This document shows, in pieces, positions 47,701-60,000 of a DNA stretch of 64,000 bases. Below the pieces are notes generated by a model. That model was not told the DNA's origin and searched no databases. It saw only the letters and a program-made list of their open reading frames with translations. The translations under genes and the position numbers were made by a program. This DNA comes from Albugo candida (taxonomy: Eukaryota), in contig JBDOQK010000062.1 of assembly GCA_040437565.1 (NCBI GenBank), positions 62,001 through 126,000 on the forward strand, written 5' to 3'. The number at the start of each line of letters is the position of its first letter. Position 1 is the stretch's first letter.

Positions 47701-49699
47701 CTGATTGAAGCTGGTAATCCAAGCTGCTTGAATTCCAATCCGGCACGAAGTCCCGCTTCTCGTCACTGTTCCAGTTTCCAATTGCAAACCTGTCCAGCTG
47801 CATTTGCAATAGCTCCTTGTTGTACTCACAATCCTTCAGTTTCACTTCCAGCATGTATACTTTCATCCTCAATGACGTGATGAGGCCATTTTCGAGATGT
47901 ATTTTCTGTCCATGAACTGCCACTCCTTGTTCGCACTCGATGTTTCCAGCGGCTTCGATTGCAACTGCATCTGTTGGACTGAATTCTTTGTTCGCATCCA
48001 AAGACGCGAGCTGATTGTTCATAAAATCCTCAAAGTCTTCAAGCATCGACCTTGACTTGACAACCTCCGTTTTGAGCTCCATGTTTTCCTTTATCATATC
48101 CTTCATCTTGATTTCGTCCTCTTCGTGCTGTAATCGGTACAGGCGCTCCCTCGAGTTGCTTTGGGTGCCCATGGCCGTTGTTTGCACTCCAGTTGAGACG
48201 GAAGTATTGGTACCACGCGTCTTCTGCATGTTGTCCAATTGGTTTCGTTGCACTTCCATAAAGATCTTCAGGTCCTGGATCATTGTATTCGACTCAAGCA
48301 ACTCCCGCTTGAGCTGTTCGTGTCCATCCGTAAGTTGCTTTAACTGATATGCATCTTCTTCGTGAATCTTCATCGCATCGTCCAGCTTGCTTTGATTCAT
48401 GATGTTGCGTTTTCGACTTGCGTGCAGGCTTTTTTCTAGTATTTCGACATCCATCTTGAGCTTGCTCACTTGTTCAGTGGCATCTTGGAGCTGAGTCGTT
48501 GTATTCATCAATGTCCGCGAAAGCTGCGCATTATCGTTCTTCAGCTGCGCATCATCGTTCTTCAGCTGCGCATTATCGTTTTTCAGCTGCGCATTGTCGT
48601 TCTTCAGCCGCGCATTTTCGTCCAGACGCGTTTGAGTTGCCGTAATTGGTCTTGGACGCGTTTGAGTTGACGTAATTGGTCCTGGACGCACGACGGGAGC
48701 ACGGATCGTCGTTGATTCAGTACCACGAGTCATCACCAGAGATGCTCGTCTTGTGGCAGTAGCCCGTGCTGCATTTGTCGCTGGAACGCGAGCCAGGGTC
48801 GACGTTCGTCCAGTTGGATTTGTTCGTGTAGGAGGTGTCCTCGAAACGCGAGCCGTGGTCGATATCGTTCCACCGCGTGGTGCGTTGGCTCGCGCCGTTC
48901 GCGTCGTTGTCGTTGTCGATGTCGGTGTTGTTGTCGGTGTTGTTGTCGGTGTTGTTGTCGGTGTCGGTCGAGCCACGCGCTGTCGCGTTGGTGTCCTTGT
49001 AGACGTATCTGTCGGATGTGCTCGTAGCACATACCCACCGCCGACACGCTTCATTGTCGACGGTGTCGCATTTCTCGCGGATGCAAGCATATTTGTTGGC
49101 GTCGTCTTTCGCACTCGCTGTATTCGTAAGATATTAGTTGACTTGAAACGAGTATGCATGAGAAAAGCGGTACGTACACATGTTGCCCTGACCTCCCAAG
49201 TCTCTTAGCATGATGCTTCATGNNNNNNNNNNNNNNNNNNNNNNNNNNNNNNNNNNNNNNNNNNNNNNNNNNNNNNNNNNNNNNNNNNNNNNNNNNNNNN
49301 NNNNNNNNNNNNNNNNNNNNNNTGTCGGTGTTGTTGTCGGTGTCGGTCGAGCCACGCGCTGTCGCGTTGGTGTCCTTGTAGACGTATCTGTCGGATGTGC
49401 TCGTAGCACATACCCACCGCCGACACGCTTCATTGTCGACGGTGTCGCATTTCTCGCGGATGCAAGCATATTTGTTGGCGTCGTCTTTCGCACTCGCTGT
49501 ATTCGTAAGATATTAGTTGACTTGAAACGAGTATGCATGAGAAAAGCGGTACGTACACATGTTGCCCTGACCTCCCAAGTCTCTTAGCATGATGCTTCAT
49601 GCTGATTGGGAGAATTCGCGCATGATGCATGTCGATTCTGAGGAAACGGAGTCGATATCGGCGTCGGCGCATGAGATGATATCGGTAGGTGTATTTCAT
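47600..49699 (-). CDS. Orphan protein: Thr/Arg/Pro-rich N-terminus plus long coiled coil with LKNDNAQ heptad repeats
   Basis: 519-aa ORF at 47600-49159. A likely 5' exon lies upstream of an intron ending CTAAT...TACAG|CGAGTG. 49323-49601 duplicates the sequence before the gap. Confidence 0.65.
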
Positions 49700-52600
49700 T
49701 TTGTGTGTTCTTTTGCATTGATTGATCGATGCGAAGGACACACAGAATGACATACACCCATCGATATGTGCAACTGATGCATTTTGGCATTGCCGCCGCT
49801 ATTTTTAGATAATGCGGCGGCGCGATGTACCGTGTATCCCAAAATTGGCGGCGGCTTGCACATGCGAGTGCTTTGTAGACGGACGTGTTGTACTGAAGTA
49901 TAGTATGTAGAAATGAAATGAAAGTGAATTCATTTTAGTTATGTAACACGGTTAGAATGACACAAGGAATAGATGCATGGAATATATTTACATAATTAAC
50001 CGCAGTCTATTTGGCAGAAGTGCAACTTGTGCGAATTTCAATCCACAAGCTTGAGTGCCGTTGCCGTTCTGAAAGCAATGATCCTTTCTGTCTTGATAGT
50101 GATGCTGCCGTCGAAGAGACAAAAGTGTGCGCTGAATGCGTGTATATCCCGGTAAGTTGAGTACTGGTCAAGCGACCGACGATCTCGATTGCACCAGATG
50201 ACCTGCAGCTACACATCCTGGTGCAAGGCGGCATCTGCATCTGAACGTTGAAGAAGTTGGCGAGAACAAGAAGACCAGGACTTGCTGAGAATTGACGAAG
50301 GCACACTGCACTCATGTTGCCGAACTGTGTACATGCACTTCCATCAGCGCAATTGCATCTGACCATGAATCGCCAATTCATGTCAAACTATTTCCTCGTT
50401 TTTCATCACCAGTCTTGAAATCTTGATTCGCTACCCAAGAACATCATTGCGGCCTAATTGCTCAAAAATCAACCCAGCAGAGGAGTTGAAGATACTCAAA
50501 AAAATGATGCTATTACTGCAAAGACTCGGTTTCGTGCCCTGCGTCTGGAGCGGTCGTCGTCGTCGATTTCTTTTACGAGTTTTCGTGTAGCGTCGCCTTT
50601 ATAACCGTGTTCAGCTTTGCAACCAGCTTCGAGATTTTGTAATGACTCCTACGACAACATTATGGAACAAGGTTGACAATTTGCGTACTCGTCTTGCCTC
50701 GGTTGGTGACGAGAGGATCCACGATAGATGCAGCATTAGATAAATAGTTTGGAGAAAGCTTTGCCTAGACCGTGCCGATTACTGCACAGTGTAGTGCAAA
50801 TGGTAATTCAACCGAAAGCAAGGAATTGCTACAGCCATCGATTAAAGTACTCTATCTGAAAGTCTGAGCGCTTCACTCAGTGAATATATTGGTTTACGAG
50901 AGATTATCTTGTGCTCTCTACACATCTGGCGTGGTTTGGAGTGGAAAACCCAGCGTCGACTGCTAATAACAGAATTCAAGGGTAAAGGCCGTCGGGCAGC
51001 AAGTTATCTATTATATTACTCAATACTCTAGCCTAGAAGAAGTGTTGTACTGGGTCAACGAAGTTTCAGCATTTCTGGGACGTAAGCAACGAATTGATGG
51101 ATAAGCAAAATGACGGCCAGATCTTGAAGTGAGGATTCTATATCCCGGTCGTAAAGCAGAGAAGTACTAATAGAAGCGGACGGTATGCTTTAGTAAGCTT
51201 GATGAACTTTCCAAATCTCGGGTCGCAAGAAGTTCTCATATCCCGCGTGAATTTAGCTCCAGGCGACAAGCCGACACAACCATTTTTATTTCACGCAGCT
51301 TATAACTCAGACTTGATCAGCCGAGATTGAATAGTTGATGACGAGGCCAATAAAGTGTTACAATTGTGGAAATTGGGCGTATGAATTATCGTTGGAATGG
51401 GAGCCATATAGGAGATCGCAGAAATCGAGTGTTTTCCAAAATGGAAATAGATTGGGAAGAAAGTGGAGAATAGAGGTTAAGTCCGAGGAGTTGATCAACG
51501 GCTCACTCAGGAATGTCATATCTTACGACGTACAATATGCAGCATTCACTTTGCATTCTTGTCTAATACGGAACCTAGGGACGGCCATCAAGTGGATAGA
51601 TTCAGGTATCGCATTTTAGTGAAAATGGTACGAAAAAAGCTCGTTTTTGTGACAGAAAGAGGGTGATGCGCATTCAGGATAGTTGATGTACTGGCTTCAC
51701 TAGAGCCTTCTATTCACCGACGATTTGGCCATCATAGCTGCGACATTACTGAGCATAGAGAGAATATAAGTACTTGTAGAGATCTAGATTGATGCAACCA
51801 GGTGTACAGAAATCCGAAGTACGTTGGAAAGCATTACCAACAGAATGAATCGACGCTTAGGTACGTGCAGCTACGTACAAGCTCCGAACAAGCTTCAAGA
51901 TCTACGAGGAACGGATATGCTGTCAATGAACGGACTGTTATTGAGGTATTCTGCTGTACATCTGGCTAAATTCAACGGTGAAGGATCTGGAACGGTTGGA
52001 CAATTCTTATCTCACTTTGGATTGAGATTCGAATGCAATGTACGTCGATTTCGAATTTGTGATAGTGAAGGATACATTATAGTCGACAAATGTGCAAGGA
52101 ACCCGTAATAATGAGACAGATAAGCGAGGCTTCATATCAGTCCAAACAAAACATCAGAACGAATGCACCGAGTGCCATGAACACATCTTCATATAATTGG
52201 AAGCGAGGTGGCTTCACAATTTGAGAAAACTGCAGCAGATGCCACTTAGTAGAAGCTCAATCAAAGCGAACCAAGGGAGGAAATCACCCCTGAAGGTTTT
52301 AATCCGAAAACACATTTGACTGATAGATTGCGTTCAACTTGACTCGACTGTTGCAAGAGCTGGAATGAAATGGGTGTGTCAATTGAAACGTTGATGAGAT
52401 CAAGAGGTACCTAACATATAGAGGTCAAAATCAATACGTGATTTTGGATCGAACGTGAAGTCTTTTTCGGAAGCAACTGCCACATCACTGTACATCTCTT
52501 AAAAGAACTTTGAGGTCACTTGTGCGAAGTATTCAAGCAATGCCAACAATGAAAGCGCCATGAGGACGATACAAGAATGGAATTGATTAACGTCGGCATA

Positions 52601-53146
52601 GATGCGACGGGAAATCACACAAAGCAGTAATCAAGAAGAGAAAGACCACCTAAGGAGATGTTTTCTGTCGTGATCTGGCCGAGTACGAAGACGTTTCATC
52701 AAGGAATAAATCATGCACGTTGAATGGAATGAGGCTGCAGACGAAGCAGTTTGGTTCAAAGGTCTGCATACCAAGCGGGTATCAAACGAAAACGTAGGCA
52801 GACGGCAACCTAGAGTGGCTCAAGGGCAAGAACGGTTGCAAGTGAAAACGAAAAAGTTTCTCGGAACCAACTTGAACTGGTACGTCACAGGAGTCTTGGA
52901 CGTGAAGACAAATAAGCTATACGGACTATGGCAGATACACAAGGTATTCCATCACGGTATGGTGACTTACCGCGCGTACGATTACGCCCCAATCAGAAAA
53001 TTGCTGGATCTTTATTTCAAAAAATTTACAAAACGATAACAGACTATCGATATCGCGACTGCAATAGAGTTTTATGATTTGAACAGCAGATCAGTATGGA
53101 GCTTACTGTGTTTGCAAAAGTGGCCAATGCAGGATCTAAGCAAAGC

Positions 53147-53899
53147 TTAACCAATACTGTTGGCTGGTATTTTTTTTGGGTTTTGATATGGTGTCGAACT
53201 GATTATAAGCTGCGGCGGGGACGTCGATTCCGTGTCTTCTTTTATGATTGCGAACTCGAGGTTATCCAGCGCTTGCCGTCCAAGAATCAGTGCATTTCTG
53301 TGCCACACACACACTCGACCACGATTGAGTGATATACTGACGCTAGTTGTTGTATCAATCGGTTTTGCTGGATTGTCTCGGACTTGGAGAGATGGAGGAA
53401 CGAGTTCCTTCGTGAAAGTCAGTTTTACTGAATTACGCCCAAGAGCTGGAGGAATCTTTAGCTCCATAGTTTCAGGCAATAACGTCCTCAAATCTTGAAA
53501 ATCGTAAGAAATCGTAGGATTTAATGGGTCCGTGTATTTTGAGACTGTCTTCGCGCCCGATTATATCGCACCGATTATAACTATTGGTCGTTCTGGCATC
53601 CAAATTGGAGATCGCTCCAACGGTCCTTCTGATATTTTATATTCTTGCAGGCCTTTAAAGATTATGTGAAATGTTGAGCAGCCTAAAATTTTGTTGGGTG
53701 ATTGAAGAACATTCTTTTGTAGAAGTTTAAGAGTATGAATCTCGATTGACGGCTTCGGGGTGCAATCGTAGTTAAAAGGATCGTCGGGAAAGACAGTGCA
53801 CTTAATTTGTTCTTTCAAAAAACAACCATTCACGGACGATCGTGTGATCAGTATAGACCATGCGAGTACGAGATGGAAAAAAGCTGAGATTTGTTTCAT
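53147..53899 (-). pseudogene. Candidate secreted protein (~250 codons) with one internal TAA
   Basis: Signal-peptide-like MKQISAFFHLVLAWSILITRSSVNG. After the TAA at 53561-53563 the same frame stays open to 53147. Confidence 0.55.
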
Positions 53900-56065
53900 G
53901 GAAGTTGAGTTGTTGCGGATGAAAGAGAAATCAAAAGTGATTGTGAGGAATGCTGGCACAGCCTCAACTATATAGTCCGTCTTGATTTGTATCTGATATC
54001 GCAACGTCGCACGACTGACGCTAGCGGATCCATGTATACATGTCATCATAATAATCGAACTGTCCCGTCGTATATCCTTGAACGTTGCAGGATCGTTGTT
54101 GGAGAATAGATTTAGTACATGCTTTTTGCGCAACGTTGCAAATTACAAAAAATAGAATCACATTCGATTTATAAAAATAGACACATAGGGCTGACTTCAG
54201 CTCTGTCTACATTACACTTCAGTATGTAGTTTCCCGTGAACGGATCGCTTGCATGTACGAGCGCTCGTTTGTAATCCGAATTGAAAAGACGTACTTCAGT
54301 TTTACAGAAGTGGCATTGCGTCCCTGACATTTCTTATTGCCCTACACTCATTCTGTCGACAGCAAATGGCGGATGTGTTAAGTCAAACATGTTGACTTAA
54401 CTGCGAACGGAAATGTTAAGACAAGGACTCCGCGTTTGAGAATCCTTCTGTATCGCACAAGGGAAACTACAGATGATAGGCTTTCAGTCGCAAGCAGTGC
54501 TATTCTCCGGATTTACTCGAATTGCCCTTCGGACAGATCTTCAGCGTCGTTGCAAGGACACGTACATAACCAAAATTATGCTCTAATAAGATCAAATCTC
54601 ACCGTACGAGGGGAGCTTTATAAATCGCATTGTGCATAATCTGGTCTCAGTTTTTGGCACAGCAATTCCCATTTTAGGCGATTTGTTGTCCAAACGCGGC
54701 GTTGAGGTACTCAATTAGTTGACACCTGTCCGATATGCACGAACTTCGAATGGTACTGTACACCGGCATTTGCTTTAGCACGAAGAAGACTGAGAAGACC
54801 GCTACGTTAAGAAAGCCAATGCAGTCGACGTCCCTAATACTGGGAATTGTGCCGCTCTGTGTCTGATTCATTCGAGTATTCCTCGCACAGTGAAGGGTCC
54901 CGTTGTTGCTTCTCATATATCGTCCGACACACCCTTTTGCTTCGTTGTCGATGCATATTTGCTACAAAGACTCCATCAGCTGAAATTGTGATTGTAGCTG
55001 ATTTGGTAAATAACAGTGTCCTTGCTCGCCATCCACCTCGTTTGTGACAGAATGGTATTTTAATGAAGAACACTCCGAGCTTAATAGATTCGATTCATAT
55101 GTTTGAATTCCTCCATACTTCTTCTCCTTGGAAATAAAATAGGTCCACGGTTATGACATAGCTTCCGTACAAAATTATGTGCTCTTCTTGTTCAGTCGGA
55201 AATGCCCATTTACTTTGTGGTAGTTTCTGATTAGAGGATTCAGGCGCTGCGAGTATAAGTAGACAATATACTGATAAGTAACAAGTGCTTGAGGAAGCGT
55301 GTCGATTATTGAAAACTTTCAAGCCTTCCATAGCACTCTTCATGAGTTCCGGACTGGTAAGCAAGTTCTAGCGCTGATTCAAGCCTACAACTTTGTAGGC
55401 TTGAAATCAGCGCTACCCGATTTTCANNNNNNNNNNNNNNNNNNNNNNNNNNNNNNNNNNNNNNNNNNNNNNNNNNNNNNNNNNNNNNNNNNNNNNNNNN
55501 NNNNNNNNNNNNNNNNNNNNNNNNNNTTGAAATCAGCGCTACCCGATTTTCACGCCTATCCTTCAAGACGACCATAGCATTGAAAAGTAGAGGAGGTGGA
55601 GTTGTAGTGCGTAAATACAGTCAGCCATCAAGAAGATTCACCCTTGTTGAGACGTCTTTTGTGGTTCGTCCGATGCACCTACTAAAGCTGCAAGTTCATA
55701 TAAAGCTGGACTGTGGAGAAAGGTTCAGAGTCCGAATGTGACTCCGATTTTTCAGCGAGACAGCAATCCATGCTTCCATTACGTCATCTGACAACATACG
55801 TCTTGAAATATCACATTATGGGATAGCATATTTGTGTGTCATTCCTGAGTGTCGAAAATAAAGTTGCGTGGACATGGCAGATGCAAAATGGTCATTAAGT
55901 TCGACTGCGGACCATACAAAAAATAAGCCAAAATGTTGCGAGATNNNNNNNNNNNNNNNNNNNNNNNNNNNNNNNNNNNNNNNNNNNNNNNNNNNNNNNN
56001 NNNNNNNNNNNNNNNNNNNNNNNNNNNNNNNNNNNNNNNNNNNNCCATACAAAAAATAAGCCAAA

Positions 56066-57034
56066 ATGTTGCGAGATGATGGCCGCAATTGCAATGAATT
56101 ACGTCAGATTGCAAGCGAACAAGGAACCTTGAACCGAGCGGATGGATCTTCAAACTTATCTATTGGTGATACATCAGTTCTAGTGGCAGTCTATGGACCA
56201 GGACAAGCTAAAATTGTCCGTAATGAACTCGTGGACAAGGCTGCCATCGATGTTTGTGTGCAAGTTAATCAAGGAATTGCAGGTAAGAGTCGAATCGATG
56301 GCATCAATCTATAGCGTACTTTCCATCGCATCAGGTGCAAAGGAAAAGGAATTAGAGCTGATTGTTCGGAGATTGTATGAACCGATAATCGAGCGACAGG
56401 AGTTTCCTCGGACGATAATCAGCATCGTAATCCAAATCATCGAAGACGCTGGATCGATATCTTTTTCGAAGAACTTTTCCTACGATAGACTCTGTTTCCT
56501 GAATGGGAGTTCCTTGACTATTTATCTCTGTACCTTGTTTCAACAGTGATTGATGCAGTGACAATGGCACTAATGGATGCTGGAATTGTGATGCATTGTG
56601 TTGTGACTTCTACCACATGCTGCCTTACAAAAGATGGCTCTCTCCTATTGGATCCTTCTCAGAAAGAAGAAGCGGTATGTAGCGTTGCCCAATTCCCATC
56701 GACTATCAAGATACGTTTCAATTAGGATTGCACCGCGCAAGTGATCTGCGCGTGTTCTTTCCAGCTCGCGGAAGATGGTGTGCTGTTTCTTTCCAGTGAA
56801 GGTACGAAGTAGCCTTCATCGCTCGTCTGCTCTCATGTGACTTGACGTCTTTTTCTAGGACTTTTATCCGAAGAGCAATTATTCGCTTGTGCGGAAGCGT
56901 GTAAGCGGTATGCGAGCAATCACGTTTCCGGCGGGCATGATGATGACTGATGATATGTTCACTTTAGCGGATCCAGATGTATTGAGACATTTATTCGACA
57001 ATCGTACTCCAAAAGGCTACAACAATTAATCTGA
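56066..57034 (+). CDS. RRP46: Exosome complex RNase PH subunit Rrp46, multi-exon
   Basis: Motifs GTLNRADGSS, TSVLVAVYGP, FPRTIISIVIQIIEDAGS, MALMDAGI and LLLDPSQKEE. Confidence 0.85.
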
Positions 57035-58195
57035 TCTCAGATGATTCCCATTAGTACATAGTGTCCATTTTGGCTATATGATCCATAGAAATCAAAAGTT
57101 AGAAAATATGGTATGGATTTCCAGACTAGCAACAGCATATATCGTGCCAAGCATGCAAAACGTTGTACAAATCCTCGCATTCGTCATCAACAAATGTGGT
57201 TTGAGAATTGCTCACCTCACACTTGTGTATGAATTTACCTGTCTTACCGGGGTCATCCGTCCAACAAAATTGAAGACGTGTGCAATTTCTGGTAACGAAA
57301 AGAAAACCATCAGCAAGAATTGAATGGATTGATCACGTAGCTGTTGCTCTTCAAAGAGACCTCGAAGCTGCAGGTCCCTTTCCTTTCTTGATTGTATACA
57401 CAATGGCTTCAAGCACTTCTTTGAATTGTTCCAAATGATGGTGTATACAATTCTATCTTTTTCTCCATGAACTCAACAGAGCCAAAGTCGGAAATTACAT
57501 TCCCGTCGCTCAGTGTGTCACTGCCTACGCGGTTTGAGAGGCATATGCTATCACTTCATCGAAAAATGTGCACCCGCAATTGATCAGAGGCTAGGTTGCG
57601 ACCGCGCATTGTCGGATTACTCGTCATTGAAGCACAGTATTTGGCTCACATTCAGTCAGATTCCACACCTCATCCACGATGTACTCGCTCGTTAAAATAC
57701 GCTTTTTCTCCGAGTGTCATATGCATTTATTCGCGGCTCATAGATCTATACTTTGTAATGACAAGACAATCATTTGAATTCCTACGTCGCCTTCAACAAT
57801 CGCTTTCTTGTACTCACGATAAGCATGTTATACTGTTCAAGTTAGGATCATTCCGACTGCGACCGCACATTCAAAATGATTCTTTGCGCTTCATCCCACG
57901 ATCCATAAGGTACCTGGCAACTATGTGGCTGATCATACAAGTATAAAAGTCATGCTGCTAATCTCTTCATAGCAATTGGTGCATCGTACAGACCGATTCC
58001 TATATCTCGATTTTTACAGATATTTCCACGATCGCCACTTTTGATTATCAGCTTCTTCTAAAGTATATCGTATCGTTTGCCTGCACATTACGATGCGTGC
58101 TGCGCCCTACAGGTGGACGGATATATAAACATCCTTCCGAGCCGAAGAGCCACGTTTCAAGCGCCTGACAGAATACAGCGAGTCCGACTTTCTTA

Positions 58196-58985
58196 ATGGC
58201 AAATACGCTACCATCACCTCCTCACTCACTGGTGCTATACAGCGACCCAATTTACACGGGAGAGCAATTGGACCTGACTAAGAAATGTGAGAGTCAATCA
58301 AATCGTGTTGATAAAGGAGATACTTCTTTGAATAGGATCGAAGATGTTTTGCAGGCTATGCTTCCGCCTCAGTACGTACCTTTCGTTGAAAGAGAGTTGA
58401 CTGCTAGATCGTTTATCCAGAATGTGGCATGAGGAATCCGGTTATTGGCTTCGGTATGTCTCTTCTTGTCTATCCACGAGACTCGATGTGATCAAGCTAC
58501 AGGAAGAGATTGATACAACACTTTCTAAACGACAGGCAAAGGATTGCGGGATTTGTCTCGTTCGAGAAGACATATACGCCCAAGTTTTTGATGAGCTCAT
58601 CCGTCAAGTGACTATCAATAGTCCGGAACAAGGTCTCCTTCTACTACGAGTTCGTGATGAGCTCAGACTGACGATCGATGCGTACAAGATGCTTTTTGAA
58701 AGCAGCATTCTCTTTGGTATTCGAAAACAGCTTCAGGCTGAGGAAGGTACCGGAGACATTCAACAGAGAATTACAGAATTAACGGAAGAGAAGCATGAGA
58801 ATGAATGCAAATTGATGTCACTTAGCAATAAATTGGAATTGATTGAGAAAAGAGCGGGCGAAAGAAAAGCGATGCAGGACAAGAAATTCAAAGAGGAGAT
58901 CGATTTTTTGAAATATCAAAATCAGCATCTGGAAGCCTTTCTTAAAGCGGCGGGAAGCAGCGGGATAGCCGCTTTGAAAAAATAA
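58196..58985 (+). CDS. DNALI1: Axonemal inner-arm dynein light chain p28
   Basis: Motifs DVLQAMLPP, RQAKDCGICLVREDIYAQVFDELIRQVTINSPEQGLLLLRVRDE and FGIRKQLQAE; one intron. Confidence 0.92.
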
Positions 58986-60000
58986 ACGATTACGAACTGT
59001 AGAAAGCCGCAAATTTCTGTTCATGTTGAGGTGATAGTCGAGCAATCTGCATGACATGAACCATACCACTAGGTAGTAGTCTACCCATTGTGCGCAGATC
59101 TCTCATTTGCCTTGTCGGCTCTTGCACAGCGTCATTGAATGAGCTATCTTCTTCCCTGCCTCACGGATTCGTTCTCCATATCCAGCATTCCCTGATATCA
59201 GCTCAATACGTCATATTAAAGCCCACACTACACCTGCGTATGCTAGAGCTTTTCTTGTCCCTTGATCTGCAGTCAAAGATGCACAACAAGAGCTTTGCGC
59301 TTTCTGCGACCAAATGTCTACCATTCAGGTGTAATTGAGAGCAATACTTACTCATCTTTCTCAAGAGCTTATCAGCCCGTTGCTCCGATACATGAAAAGC
59401 TAGCGCAATATTCACATCTTAACGGCAGCAAACTCAGTACGATCGACGTAGTGGATGTGCTGGAATCTCACACTCAAAGAATATTGCTCCTGCATAGAAC
59501 TGAGGAGCACGCAGATGGAGTGATTGATAACAGCTGACGATCTCAAGACATTCTGTGCTCTCATTGAATCGTCTTTCAAACATCGAATCGTAGTGTATCA
59601 ATCACTATTTCGAGTATTTCTCTTCCAAGTCTTCGTCTCTACACAGCATTAACAATATAAAGTCACCTCTTTTCACCNNNNNNNNNNNNNNNNNNNNNNN
59701 NNNNNNNNNNNNNNNNNNNNNNNNNNNNNNNNNNNNNNNNNNNNNNNNNNNNNNNNNNNNNNNNNNNNNNNNNNNNNCTCTACACAGCATTAACAATATA
59801 AAGTCACCTCTTTTCACCGTACTGCTTCCATTGAAGCCCCACTATCAACCACAATGAAGCTGAAGTATTATGCAAAGAGGTGTTTGCACACGTAAGACTG
59901 CATATCGCAAAGCTCGTGAGACAAAATCGCTGCCAGCTCAGACAGGGTACTATTCCATAAATGACTAGTCTACTGAGTCGCTGTGTGGGCACACACGTCC

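Noticed and set aside
48753-49208. Val/Gly-rich plus-strand ORF and similar antisense ORFs across the window
   Set aside because: These are shadow ORFs on the opposite strand of real or repetitive coding sequence.
48944-49601. Direct repeats or LTRs at the 5' end of the orphan gene
   Set aside because: It is an exact overlap around the gap at 49223-49322.
50000-50260. Crinkler-like motifs (VYLAE, LHILVQ)
   Set aside because: The matches are weak, separated by a stop codon, and lack a signal peptide or the surrounding consensus.
57050-58135. Possible minus-strand multi-exon gene
   Set aside because: Splice-like signals exist, but I could not build a stop-free model or recognise a family.
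59090-59960. Possible minus-strand multi-exon gene between DNALI1 and the methyltransferase
   Set aside because: Some 3' exons join plausibly, but the upstream frames contain stops and no family was recognised.
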